Assembly: GCA_028534125.1 (NCBI GenBank)
Contig: CM052816.1
Span: 28,832,001-28,896,000, forward strand
Source of the DNA: Lama glama
Taxonomy: Eukaryota
Length of the DNA: 64,000 bases
Direction: 5' to 3'
Shown: positions 27,551 to 39,975 of the stretch, in pieces
Position numbering within the stretch: the first letter of the stretch is position 1
How the letters are laid out: the number at the start of each line of letters is the position of its first letter
Notes under the pieces: generated by a model
Databases searched by the model: none
What the model was told of the DNA's origin: nothing
The model's input: the letters and a program-made list of their open reading frames with translations, nothing else
Translations under genes and position numbers: made by a program

Positions 27551-29844
27551 GCACATGCTAAGATTTTTAATTTTAAGAAAGAAAACAAGGAAACAAAGCA
27601 GGGTCTGCAATATATTTCTGACATAAATATGTGTGTTTATGTCAGTAGGTAGCCCTGATTTTCAGTTACTTTTTGTTCCTGATAATTTATTTATATTTCC
27701 CAATGTCCCTTTAACTATATATTGTATTTTTTAACCAAGTTATTGTTTAAATTATTTTAAAGCAAGAAGACGTATCTGTAAAATGTAATTAAGAATTAGG
27801 AAATACATTTCATAAGACTACAACACAAATTCATGTAAATAAAAACACTAATTCTAAAAGTTTTAAAAACAGAGAGCATCTTTTTTAAAAAAAGGTAATA
27901 AAAATTTATAAACCTCTAATATAATTCAAAGAATAAAAATATATCAAATCACAATTTAATTTATTCTTAAAAATACTTTAGGGCTAATTTCATACAAAGA
28001 GCTTTACAATATACAAAGCATATTTCCATTCATCATATTGTTTCATCAGAATTACAGATGTCAATAAAATGCTTTAAATGTCAGAAAATTAGGCCCTTTT
28101 CATCTTTTAATTTATCATTTATCATAATAATAAAAACAGAGCCCTAATTTTCACCATTGCTGTCTAGAAAGCTAAAATGGAAACTTCTGTGGCAGAGAGA
28201 AAAACATATCATCTGAAGGCAATTTAAATAAAATAATATTATGAGCAGAAAATGGAATGGATTTGCTAACAACTCAAAATAGGAGAAATGGAGAATCATT
28301 TTATCAAATATCACTAACAACACATAAGGGAGGAAAGCGACTTTTACTTAAACATTATAAAAGCCCTTGACACAATGTTATAAGGAATTTCATTTGGAAT
28401 AAACTTTTATCTGAATGGCAAGATCAAAAGAAAGTGATAAACAACCATTATTCAAAAGAGGACTGTATGCCAGACTAGTGATGTTTCACCCAGAGGTCTT
28501 GAAATTCTCAGAAGAAATTTCTGGGAGAGATAAATGAATAATCATTTGATCCAATATAAAGCTGAACTAAACAGCTTGCTAATTGCTTATGAAATCAAAG
28601 CATAATGAAGAGAAGAAAAAATAGCATAGAAGAATTTTTTAAATAGAAAAACCAATTATTTTTATAATTTTTCAGCAGTCTTTGTTTCAAATTTTGTTTT
28701 TCTGTCAGTGTTTTATGCTATTTAGTAACACATGTCTATTTCACTTCATCGGGAAATTCATCCAGCCAGTTTTCAGGTGTAACTTAACTCAATACAGTGT
28801 CTTTGTCAGATCCCCAAAGACTCAACTTTTGTTTCATTGAGCCAACATAGATAATAAAATAGCATTTGGGAAGCTGAGCCAGACATAATAAAAAGATCAT
28901 TTCCCCAGAACTTAGCGATGTTTATATATTTACAGACTTCACAGTAAAGGAAAGCCATATGTGAAGCAATAATGCCAAAGACATTTACAATAAAAGAATT
29001 ATGAAAGTTAGCTGGCATAAAGTAAGAAATCTTAGAGAACAACTTTAGTTCTGTTTTCTCATTGCTCTACCCCAAAATAAAGGAGAAAGCATCATTAAAG
29101 CACATGGAGGCATGATACCAAGATGCAGTTACAAGTTTAGTCAAAAGCCCTAGGAGTGAAAAAGGGATTCCAGTAATTTCCATTTATAAATCACAGTAAA
29201 GAAGAGGATGAGAAAAAATATAAAGGGGAACTTCACATCTTCTTCAACTCTTCTTCATTTCAGTGCAAATTATGGTAAGTGATTGGAATGGGTGAGGGTA
29301 GTATAGCTGTTTAGTTCGGTAGTTTTCAGCATAATTGTAATGAGATCAAAATGTCAGCTCCTTCCATTATTGGACCAGTTCATGTCTCCAAGAGAATTTT
29401 TCTTTTGTGGCCATAGGCTGTACCTTTTAAACATCATCATCCATTAAAGTATTCTTTTGATGTTTTGTGTGAGCTAATTGTCAACAATCCCAGCAGGAAG
29501 TTACATAATTTTAAGGTCACAAGAGAGCAAACACTGTTCTTTAGCAATAATGTGAATAGGCAGACAGGAGTTCACTAAGAATCCATTTGCTGGCAAAAGC
29601 AGACATCTCAGACTTGTCAGTGAGGAGGAGCCATTGTCCAGAATGTTCAAAGTAGTGTCAGAGCCTGAGCCTCCAGGGTTTATGCAGAAAAAGACCTTCA
29701 CAGCAACTAGTGCATTTGACACCTCCCAGAAGGCTTCTGTTGCCTTGTTAAGGAGGGCAACCCTGGCGTCTACCCTCATCTAAAAATATCCATATGATAA
29801 CAGCAAAGAGGACGAACAAGTTTCCTTCTGTTTTGGAATTCTCA

Positions 29845-29874
29845 CACACACACACACACACACAAACACACACA
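29845..29874. repeat. Interrupted (CA)n microsatellite
   Basis: Directly visible. Confidence 0.9.
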
Positions 29875-32440
29875 AGTCAGAAATGATCAATGCTATGAAG
29901 AAAATAAAAGAATGTCACCACGAGTGTCTGGTGCTCAGGGAGGAAGCGGAATTACTTAAATAGAGTAGGGAAGGGAAGTCTGACATTGAAATGGAGCCTG
30001 AACAATGAATTTAAAAGTGGCAGCTTTGAGAACCGAGCATATTCCAAGCAGACAGGGGAGCAGAACAGCCTTGGCATGTTACCTAGTCCCTCAGGACCTC
30101 ATTTCTCGGTCTGTGAAGAAGGATAACAATGTCTGTCTCACGGGTTATTAGAGGACTTAGAGAAAATGATCCTGGCTCACACTGTAATGAGGGCTCTATA
30201 CCCTCTTACCATCACTACCATCTGAGTTACCATCTTTTTCCCTCGGATGAGAACACCCCCTCCCAGATACTCCCTCAAAGTCAGTATTACATATGTTACA
30301 GTGGGTGGGTCATATCAACATGGTTTGAGAACAAGTAAAATGATGAGAGAAAAAAATACCAAGGAAATAATGTATACACTGAAGGTAATTTATAAAGGTG
30401 TTTCATATTTTAAAATAAAACAACTCAGGGTCCTTGAGAGGACAAAGTTGAGGTAAGAATTCTGAGTAAGAGTCCTCTCAAGATGCACGTGAACAAAGAT
30501 GGCCTCAGATGAAGAGGATATGGGCTTCCATCCAGAACATCACTTGCCTGAAGACAAATCCCAATTCTCCCCCTCGCTCAGCTTTTCCCCAAATCCTCAC
30601 TACACAACTCTATCAGGTAAAAAAGACCAGCCACTTTTCCTATTATGTTTTTCTTTTTTCCCAGGAAAATTAGAATCATTTTTTTTTCCTATCTGGGAGC
30701 TCCTCATGCCCTTTTTAAATAACATACTACAAAGACAGACAAGATAGAGTAGAACAAAGAGAAAGGGCACAGGTTACAGGGCCACCTGGGTCGGGGAGGG
30801 TCTTTTTCTTACAAGCGTTCTCATCCCCCATTTCTCCCTGAACCCTGGTGTGGACTGTTTGGGATAACCTAAAACTATTAAGGATCCAAGTAGACAAATT
30901 CGTATACCAATAGAAAGTAGAGAGCCAGCAGATAAAATAAAAGATGAAGACAGTATCAACTATACTTCAATTTAAGAAAAAAAATAATAAAAAGGATTAA
31001 AGGCCAAAAAAAAAAAAGATAAATAATAGGAGAAAGAAAGGGGTAAGGAAGCCAAGTATTAGGATGCAAAGTGCCTATGAAAGAAAACTTGAGCGATCCA
31101 GTAGAATCCAATACAAATTGTAGTCCAATTATCTAGCAAATTGTCAAATGATGAAATTCCTATAGAAGTAAGGAAGTATGTTCTAAAGCGTGATTTTGGG
31201 GGCTTTGAAATAGAGAAGAGGACTAAAAATCTGACAATAAGTGGATGAAATATGGGTTGGGGAAGGACTAAATGAAAAACTCATCATTTAGCTCAACCCA
31301 TATTTTTTAAACAGTGTATTAGAGATGACAAGAGAGTCTGAGTTTTCATTAGTAAGATAAGATTTACACAAACACCTTAGAAAAAACCAAGAATACATGA
31401 TATTCTCATAAAACATGAGCTAATTACTGCTGGTCTGAAAGACGTGCTTATTAGATTCCATTTGGACTTGTTCTGGTTTACTCATTCATTGATTTCCAGG
31501 AAAAGACAACTTGTGACATTAACAAGAAGCAGGCCCCTGTTTCCCAAGAACTGTTGGGAAACATCAATGACTCATTTATGAGAGTAAACAAAAGGATTAA
31601 GAAAAGCTATTTCACAACCATAAATATATATTAAAGTTACAGAGCTCTTTCCCATAAAAGCCTGTAAAGAAAATGGTTAAAAAAAAAGAAAGAAAGAAAG
31701 AAAATGGGTTTTGCAGAAAATAAACAGAGGAAAGCAGTAAAAAAAAGTTCAGTAACTTAATCTAAATTGAAACATTTTGCTTCCCAAAAAGTCAGAAGCA
31801 TATTGGAATTTCTGGTTTATTTTTGGTTTTTTGCTCTCTCTCATTAGCTGTGTGGCCCCTTTGTATTCAGTGTTAGAAAATGATCATCAGCATCACCTAC
31901 CATATTGATTTCACCAAGGTGCAGTGAACTGAGATATTCAATTCTTAGCAATAGTAGATTTTCAACATCTCATTAGGTTTACCTCTTCATCAAGAATTAC
32001 CCACATACTGTAGGCCTGAACTACAATGTACTATATTTGAAATAAGCAGCTCAGGGGTAAGAATTCTGGCACAGTAATAAATCTTAGGTAAAAAAAATCT
32101 TATTTTGAAATTTCAACTTTGTACTTTTGAAATAATGGCAAATCTACAGAATAAATTGCCAGAATAGTAACAAAATAATAACTCTTATACCCTTTTTACT
32201 TAGATCCCCAGTTGTTAATGTTTAACCCCATTTGCTTCATTATCCTCCCATTTTCTGTATATATCATCTTTTATTTTGGACAGGATGTCCTAGGACTTAT
32301 AAATATTCCAGCATGTGCTCCAAAGACAAGGACACTCCTGATGTAATGCCAAGGACGCATGCAGAGTCTGGTCATGAGGAAATGTTAGACAGATAGATGT
32401 ACTGAGGGCAATCATACAGCATAAAAGACCTGTACTCTTT

Positions 32441-32576
32441 AATTTTGGGGGGATGTAATTAGGTTTTACTTGTTTGATTGTTTATTTATTTATTTAATGC
32501 AGGTACTGGGGATTGAACCCAGGACCTCATGCATGCTAAGCATGTGCTCTTCCACTGAGCTATTACCTCTACCCCC
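32441..32576 (-). mobile_element. tRNA-derived SINE (camelid Vic-1-like), copy 1
   Basis: The reverse complement has an A box (tagctcagtgg), a B box (ggttcaatcc) and an (AAAT/AAAC)n tail, with 17-bp direct repeats on both sides. Confidence 0.9.
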
Positions 32577-32595
32577 ATAAAGGCCTGTACTCTTT

Positions 32596-32728
32596 GTTTC
32601 AATTTTTTTGGAGGTGGGTAATTAGGTTTTATTTGTTTGTTTGTTTGTTTAATGGAGGTACTGGGGATTGAACCCAGGACCTTGTGCATACTAAGCATGT
32701 GCTCTAACACCGAGCTATACCCTCCCCC
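32596..32728 (-). mobile_element. tRNA-derived SINE (camelid Vic-1-like), copy 2
   Basis: The reverse complement reads gggggagggtatagctcggtgttagagcacatgcttagtatgcacaaggtcctgggttcaatccccagtacctcc plus an (AAAC)n tail. Confidence 0.92.
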
Positions 32729-34809
32729 TATAAAGACCTATACTCTTTAAGACTGTCAAGGACAGAAGTAAGGAAAGACTCATGAGGTGGAAGGAGTCCG
32801 GTGAGACATGATAGCTAGATGCAGTGTGTATTCTTGAATGGGCTGCTGGACCAGGGGTAAAGAGATACCGTTAGGGAACATGCAGAACTCTGAGCAGGAT
32901 CTATGAGTTGGGTGGCAGTGTTCTTATCAGTATTACTTTACTGATTGGGAAGGGTGTGTGGTGATAATGTACAGAAGTGTCTTTGTCTTGAGAGTACACA
33001 ATGGACTATTTAACAGAGATGGGACATCCTGTCCAAAATAAGAGATGACACTATGTTCTGCCATTCAGATCCCCCACACAGAACCCAAAGGCCTACCTGT
33101 CCCCTGCTTCTGTGAGCCCTGCTAACAGCTCTGAGTCCTCCCAGGAACTGACCCTTGCTGAAAATAGCTATGATCATCCTCAAAAACCTTTCAAATCTAT
33201 TATTATTTTTATTCTAAAATTCAAAGTATACAAATTTATATATGAATACATTCTCCTCATAAAATACATTTATAGTCAAGGTGATTACATACCTTGATCA
33301 CCTCCCTATCCCTGTTCCTTTTCCTCTCCACAAGGAACCACTGCTCTCAGTTTGGGACCATGCTTCAAGACCCTGTTTTGCATATGCAATTATTCCAGTT
33401 CTGATCAGTGACCAATGTAAATTCATATATACAGAGAGGAATTAGAGCTGAATTCATGGATGCTTGCTATGGTGAGGTCTATGTTTTTATTTTTTAACAT
33501 TTTGGAGGCATTTTCCTATGTTTTGACAGTCTGTATTCTTATTTTTTAAATGTGTATATTATACTTGGGGCATTGTATTGATGTTCTAGGTGGACAATTC
33601 TCTTTTTTCTCAAATACCATGAGTAATAATTATACTGATAATTTTGTAAAGGACTTTGAAGCCCTGAGCGTTATGCAATATATGCTATAATTCCTGAAGT
33701 CTCTTAATAAGGGTATAATTTCACAACTTACAAAAGACATTAAAATTCATTATATTATTAATTGCTGCTGATGATAAAAGTAAGAGATGTTTATTATATT
33801 AAAAAGGTAACAAAAAAGGTCACTTATAATCCTATCTTTTTTTCTTAGTGTTTTAGATATATATAAAAATAGGGTAAAAATCTTTTTTCCTCCAGTATTA
33901 TACTTAGTGGTCCCAAGAGCTTATTTTATTTTTATATCTATATATCTGCATATTTATATATAATATGCTTTTTATATTTAAGCATATTTTTGTGTTTAAT
34001 CTCACAGCTATAAATAGATAGGAAGAGAAATGATTGATTGATAGATGCACACAGCTAATTTATTTTTTGCCAAAACAATGGACTGTGCAATTTGCTCTAG
34101 TGCAGATAAAGCATCTATCATGAACCACCTTTACGAGTCAGCACACTCACACATATACCATTATTCTCACATTAGAATAGATGTATGAATGCATTAATCC
34201 CCAAAGCTGACATTAATGTTTTAAGATATCTTTGTACCTTTGATAGATGGAAAAGATCCTGTTTCAATTTGCATTGTAAGCTGTTTATTTTATCAGATGT
34301 TTTTCATCATTACATTTCACCTAAATTGTTGCTCTTTATCTGCTATCCATTTCTTTTCTAGGCTGTAGGGATTTGCTTTGTATATCTTGTTGTGCACTCT
34401 TTTTATATAGTGAAAGTACTAACTAAACTTCTGTTCAAATGAGTTGTAAATGTTTCTCCCGGTGTTCCTTTCTTTGTTCTTAACCATTAATTTTTTTTAA
34501 TGCTTATGTGACCAAATCTGTTGACCCTATCTTTTATGGTTTCTGAGGTTGACATCAAGGCTGGACAGCTTTCCCTACTGCAATATTTATAGTTTCTGTT
34601 TTGTGCCTGCTTTTAAGGATTCCTTTATGTATTTATTTTTTGTATAATATGAAACAAAGTTTATCTGTTTCCAAATGGATACCCAATTGTACCAATCCAG
34701 TTAATTGAAAAATAATTATTTTTCTCAACTATATAAAATACTTCATAATACTGTAAAGTACTTCTCTATATCTTATTTTGTTCCCATAAAACAGTAAAGG
34801 TAATGTCTC

Positions 34810-35030
34810 TGGGATTAATAATAGTGTGATGGTAAAAGCAGAAATATGAGTTCAAACAACTTCATCAACTGTTAGTTGTCACTTTTAGTAAGTAACACGA
34901 CCCAAATCTCAGTTTTCATACACTTAAAACAAGGATAATGCCTTCATCCATGAATGTCTTGAAGATTCGACATAAATGACATTCAATAACATGAAATTAA
35001 AATGCCTGATGTGTGCTAGGAAATTAATAA
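34810..35030 (+). mobile_element. MIR relic
   Basis: tgagttcaaac...tctcagttttcatacacttaaaacaaggataat. Confidence 0.6.
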
Positions 35031-35914
35031 CTGTGAACCCCTTTTCCCTGTTTCCTTCTATCCACTCTTACAAACAGCTTTATTAGGTTATCCCAGAGGA
35101 TACACTTCAGATTGGCTCATTCTAGTGGAAAACTTGAGCTGAAAATAAGACATGCAAAAGTTTAGAAATTCCAGGAACTGATATAGAAGCCTCTCAAGTT
35201 ACTTTTTCTTTGTAGGTGCCACTCTGCACTGAGGTAGTATTTGTAGCTCCTTGTCTCTGGGGTATCACAGAGGCATACTCCAACTCAGCGAGAGAGTGGA
35301 TGACTTTTTGTTCAGCATGGCTGTCATTTCATTTGCAAGTACAGTAGGCTTCTTTCCAAAACGTCAAGTATAATGCACCATTTCTGCTAAAGAAGTAAGT
35401 TGCTTTTAAACTCTCCTAGCCAAAGTAGAAAAGAATCTCAGTGTTCAGGAAGGTGAAATAGAATAGAAGGAACTTGTCAGAGGAGTAAATGATGGCCAAC
35501 ACACACACGCATTTCAATACATCTCATGGTGTTCTCAGTGATATGAAAAAGTCCTTAAGGTAAATAACAGGATAAATAGTTAATTTCATGTTATGGTTTC
35601 AATAATACATGGGAGGTGGCTTATAGTACTAAAAAACCCCCACAAAACATGATGTTATATATTAAGCAGGGAAATTACAACAGAAGGAAAACCAATAGTA
35701 GACATCTTTGTTCCATGTTTTAAAGGAAAGAAATGAAAGTCAACATATACTTCATGAATTGGGCACTGGGCCAGGCACTAGAAGTTACAGTCTTACAAAC
35801 ATATGCTTTTAACAGATTTTCCATAAATTCCAGAAATATTATAAAAATAGTTTCAGGTTAGTTTTCAAGGCTTAGGAAAGCTTCCATGCAAGTCAATGTG
35901 TATGTGATATAACT

Positions 35915-36186
35915 AACTGAGTATTTATGATATTAACAAGTTTTTTTCATTTTGGTAATGGTACAATGGTTATTTTTTTTAAAGAGCCATCCTCTTTCAC
36001 CTATAAGATACTACCATATTTTGAGTATCTTTAAAATAATCCAGTTCTTTAAAAGGGCTTGGGTGGGAGTATAGGTAAAACAAGATTGGGCATATGTGTA
36101 TTATTTCTGAAGCTGTTTGATGGGTACACAGGCATTCCCTTGACTTTTGCATGTGTTTGAAAATTTCTATAATAAAAAGTTTTAAA
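35915..36186 (+). mobile_element. L1MC/L1ME 3' end
   Basis: aaacaagattgg...tgaagctgtttgatgggtacac...acttttgcatgtgtttgaaaatttctataataaaaag. Confidence 0.75.
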
Positions 36187-36289
36187 TGGCATGTGATATC
36201 AAATCCACAAATGTTGATGGCTGGAGCTCCTATTATATACCACATAGAAGACCAACTCCTTTGTCTCATATGAATTCCTTTTGATTCAA

Positions 36290-36480
36290 ATTCTTTTGGT
36301 TTAAATCTCAAAATCTGTCACTCACCAGCTATGTTTTGTTACCCAAGTCAATTAACCACTTCGTGCCTTGGTTTTCTGATTAGTAAAAATCATTGTAAGA
36401 GTATTGTGAAGATTAAATCAGCTCATCCCATTTAAATGCTTAGAACAGTACTTAGTACTTTGTAAATATTCAGTATTTGT
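36290..36480 (+). mobile_element. MIR SINE
   Basis: tctgtcactcaccagctatg...gtgccttggttttctgattagtaaaa...tgcttagaacagt. Confidence 0.75.
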
Positions 36481-36904
36481 TTGGTACTTTTCTTGTGCAG
36501 TGTCAATAGTTCACTTTGGTCTCCAGTTGCATCACTCAGATGAGAAATATATTCAGATGGCTCCCTGGATTATTAGACTTCCAACAATAATTGTTCATTT
36601 GTCTTGATAAATCTTGATAAATTGATGTCTTGATAAGTCTAGTTGTATGTAACAGTAGAAGCATTACATTCATAAATGTATAGTGTTTCAATTATCAAGC
36701 TCAATTCCTGAAATATTGGCAAAAGACTAAAAACACTTCAGACAGTTTAAGAAAAGAAAAATGCACAAATTCAAGCTTGTGCACTGGCTAAATAAATATA
36801 AAAAGGAGGATAACAAAATACATGATATATAGATATGATACTATATTCACTCTGAAGCCCAGGAACCAAAAGATATATAGAAATGTATAGACATAATCCC
36901 ATGA

Positions 36905-38659
36905 ACAGACATATAGACCAATGGAACAGAATAGAGAGCCCAGAAATGAACCCACAAACTTTTGGTCAACTCATCTTCGACAAAGGATGCAAGAATATAC
37001 AATGGAATAAAGACAGTCTTTTCAGCAAATGCTGTTGGGAAAACTGGACAGCAGCATGTAAAACAATGAAGCTAGAACACTCCCTTACACCATAGACAAA
37101 AATCAACTCAAAATGGATTAAAGACTTAAACATAAGACAAGATACAATAAATTTCCTAGAGGAAAACATAGGCAAAACATTATCTGACATAGATCTCAAA
37201 GATTTTCTCCTAGAAGAAATAAAAGCAAGAATAAACAAATGGGACCTAATGAAACTTACAAGCTTCTGCACAGCAAAGGAAATCGTAAGTAAAACAAAAA
37301 GACAACCTACAGAATGGGAGAAAATTTTTGCAAGTGAAACCGACAAAGGCTTGATTTCCAGAATATATAAGCAGATCATACAACTCAATAAGAAAAAAAT
37401 AAACAACCCAATCCAAAAATGGGCAGAAGACCTAAACAAGCAATTCTCCAAGGAAGACATACAAATGATCAAAAGACACATGAAAAAATGCTCAATCTCA
37501 CTAATTATCAGAGAAATGCAAATCAAAACTACAATNNNNNNNNNNNNNNNNNNNNNNNNNNNNNNNNNNNNNNNNNNNNNNNNNNNNNNNNNNNNNNNNN
37601 NNNNNNNNNNNNNNNNNNNNNNNNNNNNNNNNNNNNNNNNNNNNNNNNNNNNNNNNNNNNNNNNNNNNNNNNNNNNNNNNNNNNNNNNNNNNNNNNNNNN
37701 NNNNNNNNNNNNNNNNNNNNNNNNNNNNNNNNNNNNNNNNNNNNNNNNNNNNNNNNNNNNNNNNNNNNNNNNNNNNNNNNNNNNNNNNNNNNNNNNNNNN
37801 NNNNNNNNNNNNNNNNNNNNNNNNNNNNNNNNNNNNNNNNNNNNNNNNNNNNNNNNNNNNNNNNNNNNNNNNNNNNNNNNNNNNNNNNNNNNNNNNNNNN
37901 NNNNNNNNNNNNNNNNNNNNNNNNNNNNNNNNNNNNNNNNNNNNNNNNNNNNNNNNNNNNNNNNNNNNNNNNNNNNNNNNNNNNNNNNNNNNNNNNNNNN
38001 NNNNNNNNNNNNNNNNNNNNNNNNNNNNNNNNNNNCCACTCCTGGGCTTATATCCAGAAGGAACCCTACTTCAGGATGACACCTGCACCCCAATGTTCAT
38101 GGCAGCACTATTTACAATAGCCAAAACATGGAAACAGCCTAAATGTCCATCAACAGGTGACTGGATAAGGAAGAGGTGGTATATTTATACAATGGAATAC
38201 TACTCAGCCATAAAAACTGACAACATAATGCCATTTGCAGCAACATGGATGCTCCTAGAGAATGTCATTCTAAGTGAAGTAAGCCAGAAAGAGAAAGAAA
38301 AATACCATATGAGATCGCTCATATATGCAATCTAAAAAACAAAAACAAACAAACAAAAAAACCAAAGTGTAAATACAGGACAGAAATAGACGCATAGACA
38401 TAGAATACAGACTTGTGATTGCCAGGGGGGCGGAGGGTGGGAAGGGATAGACTGGGATTTCAAAATTGTAGAATAGATAAACAAGATTATACTGTATAGC
38501 ACAGGGAAATATACACAAAATCTTATGGTAGCTCACAGAGAAAAAAATGTGACAGTAAGTGTGTATATGTGCATGTATGACTGAAAAATTGTGCTGAACA
38601 CTGGAATTTGACACAACATTGTAAAATGATTATAAATCAATAAAAAAGTTATAAAAAAA
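36905..38659 (+). mobile_element. Younger 5'-truncated LINE-1 (ORF2 C-terminal part, 3' UTR, A-tail) spanning an assembly gap
   Basis: ORF2 peptides [39 protein letters not shown] and AALFTIAKTWKQPKCPS. 26-bp TSD at 36879-36904 and 38660-38685 with one mismatch. Confidence 0.98.
37536..38035. other. Assembly gap (500 N)
   Basis: Run of exactly 500 N. Confidence 1.
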
Positions 38660-39399
38660 AGAAATGTATAGAAATAATCCCATGACTAGCATATGGTATT
38701 ATTAAATGCCAAAATAAATTACCAAAAGAAAATATTTTATTATTTATTAATAAATACACTCCAATAGGATACACTAGATTATGCAGAAATTCTTTTTATC
38801 CATATATAATAATAATAAAGATTGCTTTAAAATGTAGCAAAATTTGTCAAATACTTTTAAGCATGTTAGGCCTAATAAAAAATGCCCATTTAGAGAGAAA
38901 ATACTTAAAATAATTTCATAATGAAAATCAATGATAAATCAGAAGAACATGTAAGGAGAGGAAGGATAAATCAAGACGATATATACAAAAAATTATGATA
39001 CAACATCTAAAATGAATAATCAGGTACACTTTAAATGAGTGCTTAGAAACTCATGTGGTCTAAATCAAAGTGTCATGCTGGCAACCTCAATATTTGAAAT
39101 AAATAACATTAGACAGTGCTGGGGACTGTGGTAAACTGTGTTTAAATCACCTGTTGAATCTAAAGGCATTTAAGCTTAGATATTTTTAAACACAGAGTGA
39201 GCCAGCACACAGTAAGATTCAGTAAGGCTCATAAGTCACTTTGCAATCTCTGCCTTTGACCAATATATCAATACAAAATCAACTTAAGTGAAACTTGTAT
39301 CCATAAAACTCAAAAGTTCATTTCAAAGGATAAAATATCTGTATTTTTCCATCATAAATCCCGGATGTACTCACATGAATCAATCTCTTGGGATTTAAA

Positions 39400-39975
39400 A
39401 AAAATGTATTTTAGTGGACTCCTAATTGGTTTCTCTGCTTATGGTCTCACAGACTTCCAATCTTTCCCGAGGATAGCCCCAGTGTGCTCTTTTTGAGAAC
39501 CCACATCTGATCATACTAACTGGCTTTAAATCCTTAGTACAGCTTATAGGACTCTTCAAAAATTTTCTTGCTCAACATTCTAGCTATTTCTCTAGCATTT
39601 CCCACACCTGTTCCCACCCATCCTTCCAGTCATAGTGAAGCCCTTATATTGCTATTATCCTAATGTTTCAGTCTAGCTCATATCTTGGTGCTTTGTACAC
39701 TCCTTTCTCTCACCTACTTGGTTACATCCTACATTTATTCCATCTCCAATGCAAGTGTCACATCACCTGTCTTGGCTGAGATAGGAGCCCCTCCTAAGAG
39801 CTCTCCCCATGCCCTATTCATACCTCCTCCATGGCGTTTACTATGTTGTCTTGTAATTATTCCCTTGAGATTGCCAAGAGAAGAGAACATAGCTTTTATT
39901 TCTATATTCCCAGATGTGTGCGCAGTAACAGGTATATAATATGTACTCAATGTATCTTTCTTGAATGAATGAATT
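39400..39975 (+). mobile_element. L2 3' region relic
   Basis: ctcctaattggtttctctgct...atctgatcat...gtactcaatgtatctttcttgaatgaatgaat. Confidence 0.75.

Larger units (their letters stand above)
32340..33030 (+). mobile_element. L1MC-type 3' UTR relic hosting the SINE pair
   Basis: acctgtactcttt|aagactgtcaagg...gaaagact...agacatgatagctagatgcagtgtg is colinear with the L1MC 3' UTR once the SINEs are removed. Confidence 0.65.

Noticed and set aside
29501..29779. 92-aa minus-strand ORF (MRVDARVALL...)
   Set aside because: No recognisable domain or supporting gene structure. The length is compatible with chance.
32441..32728. tRNA-like sequences with A and B boxes
   Set aside because: They have simple-repeat tails and TSDs, so they are SINEs and not tRNA genes. 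The three direct repeats are target-site copies, not a CRISPR array.
35219..35299. Bona fide let-7 microRNA gene
   Set aside because: The 3' end of the mature sequence does not match, there is no let-7 3p arm, and a large asymmetric bulge disrupts the stem. Kept only as a speculative finding.
36966..38120. Longest ORFs in the track (375, 276 and 233 aa)
   Set aside because: They read through the 500-N gap. The real residues are L1 ORF2 or its alternative and antisense frames.
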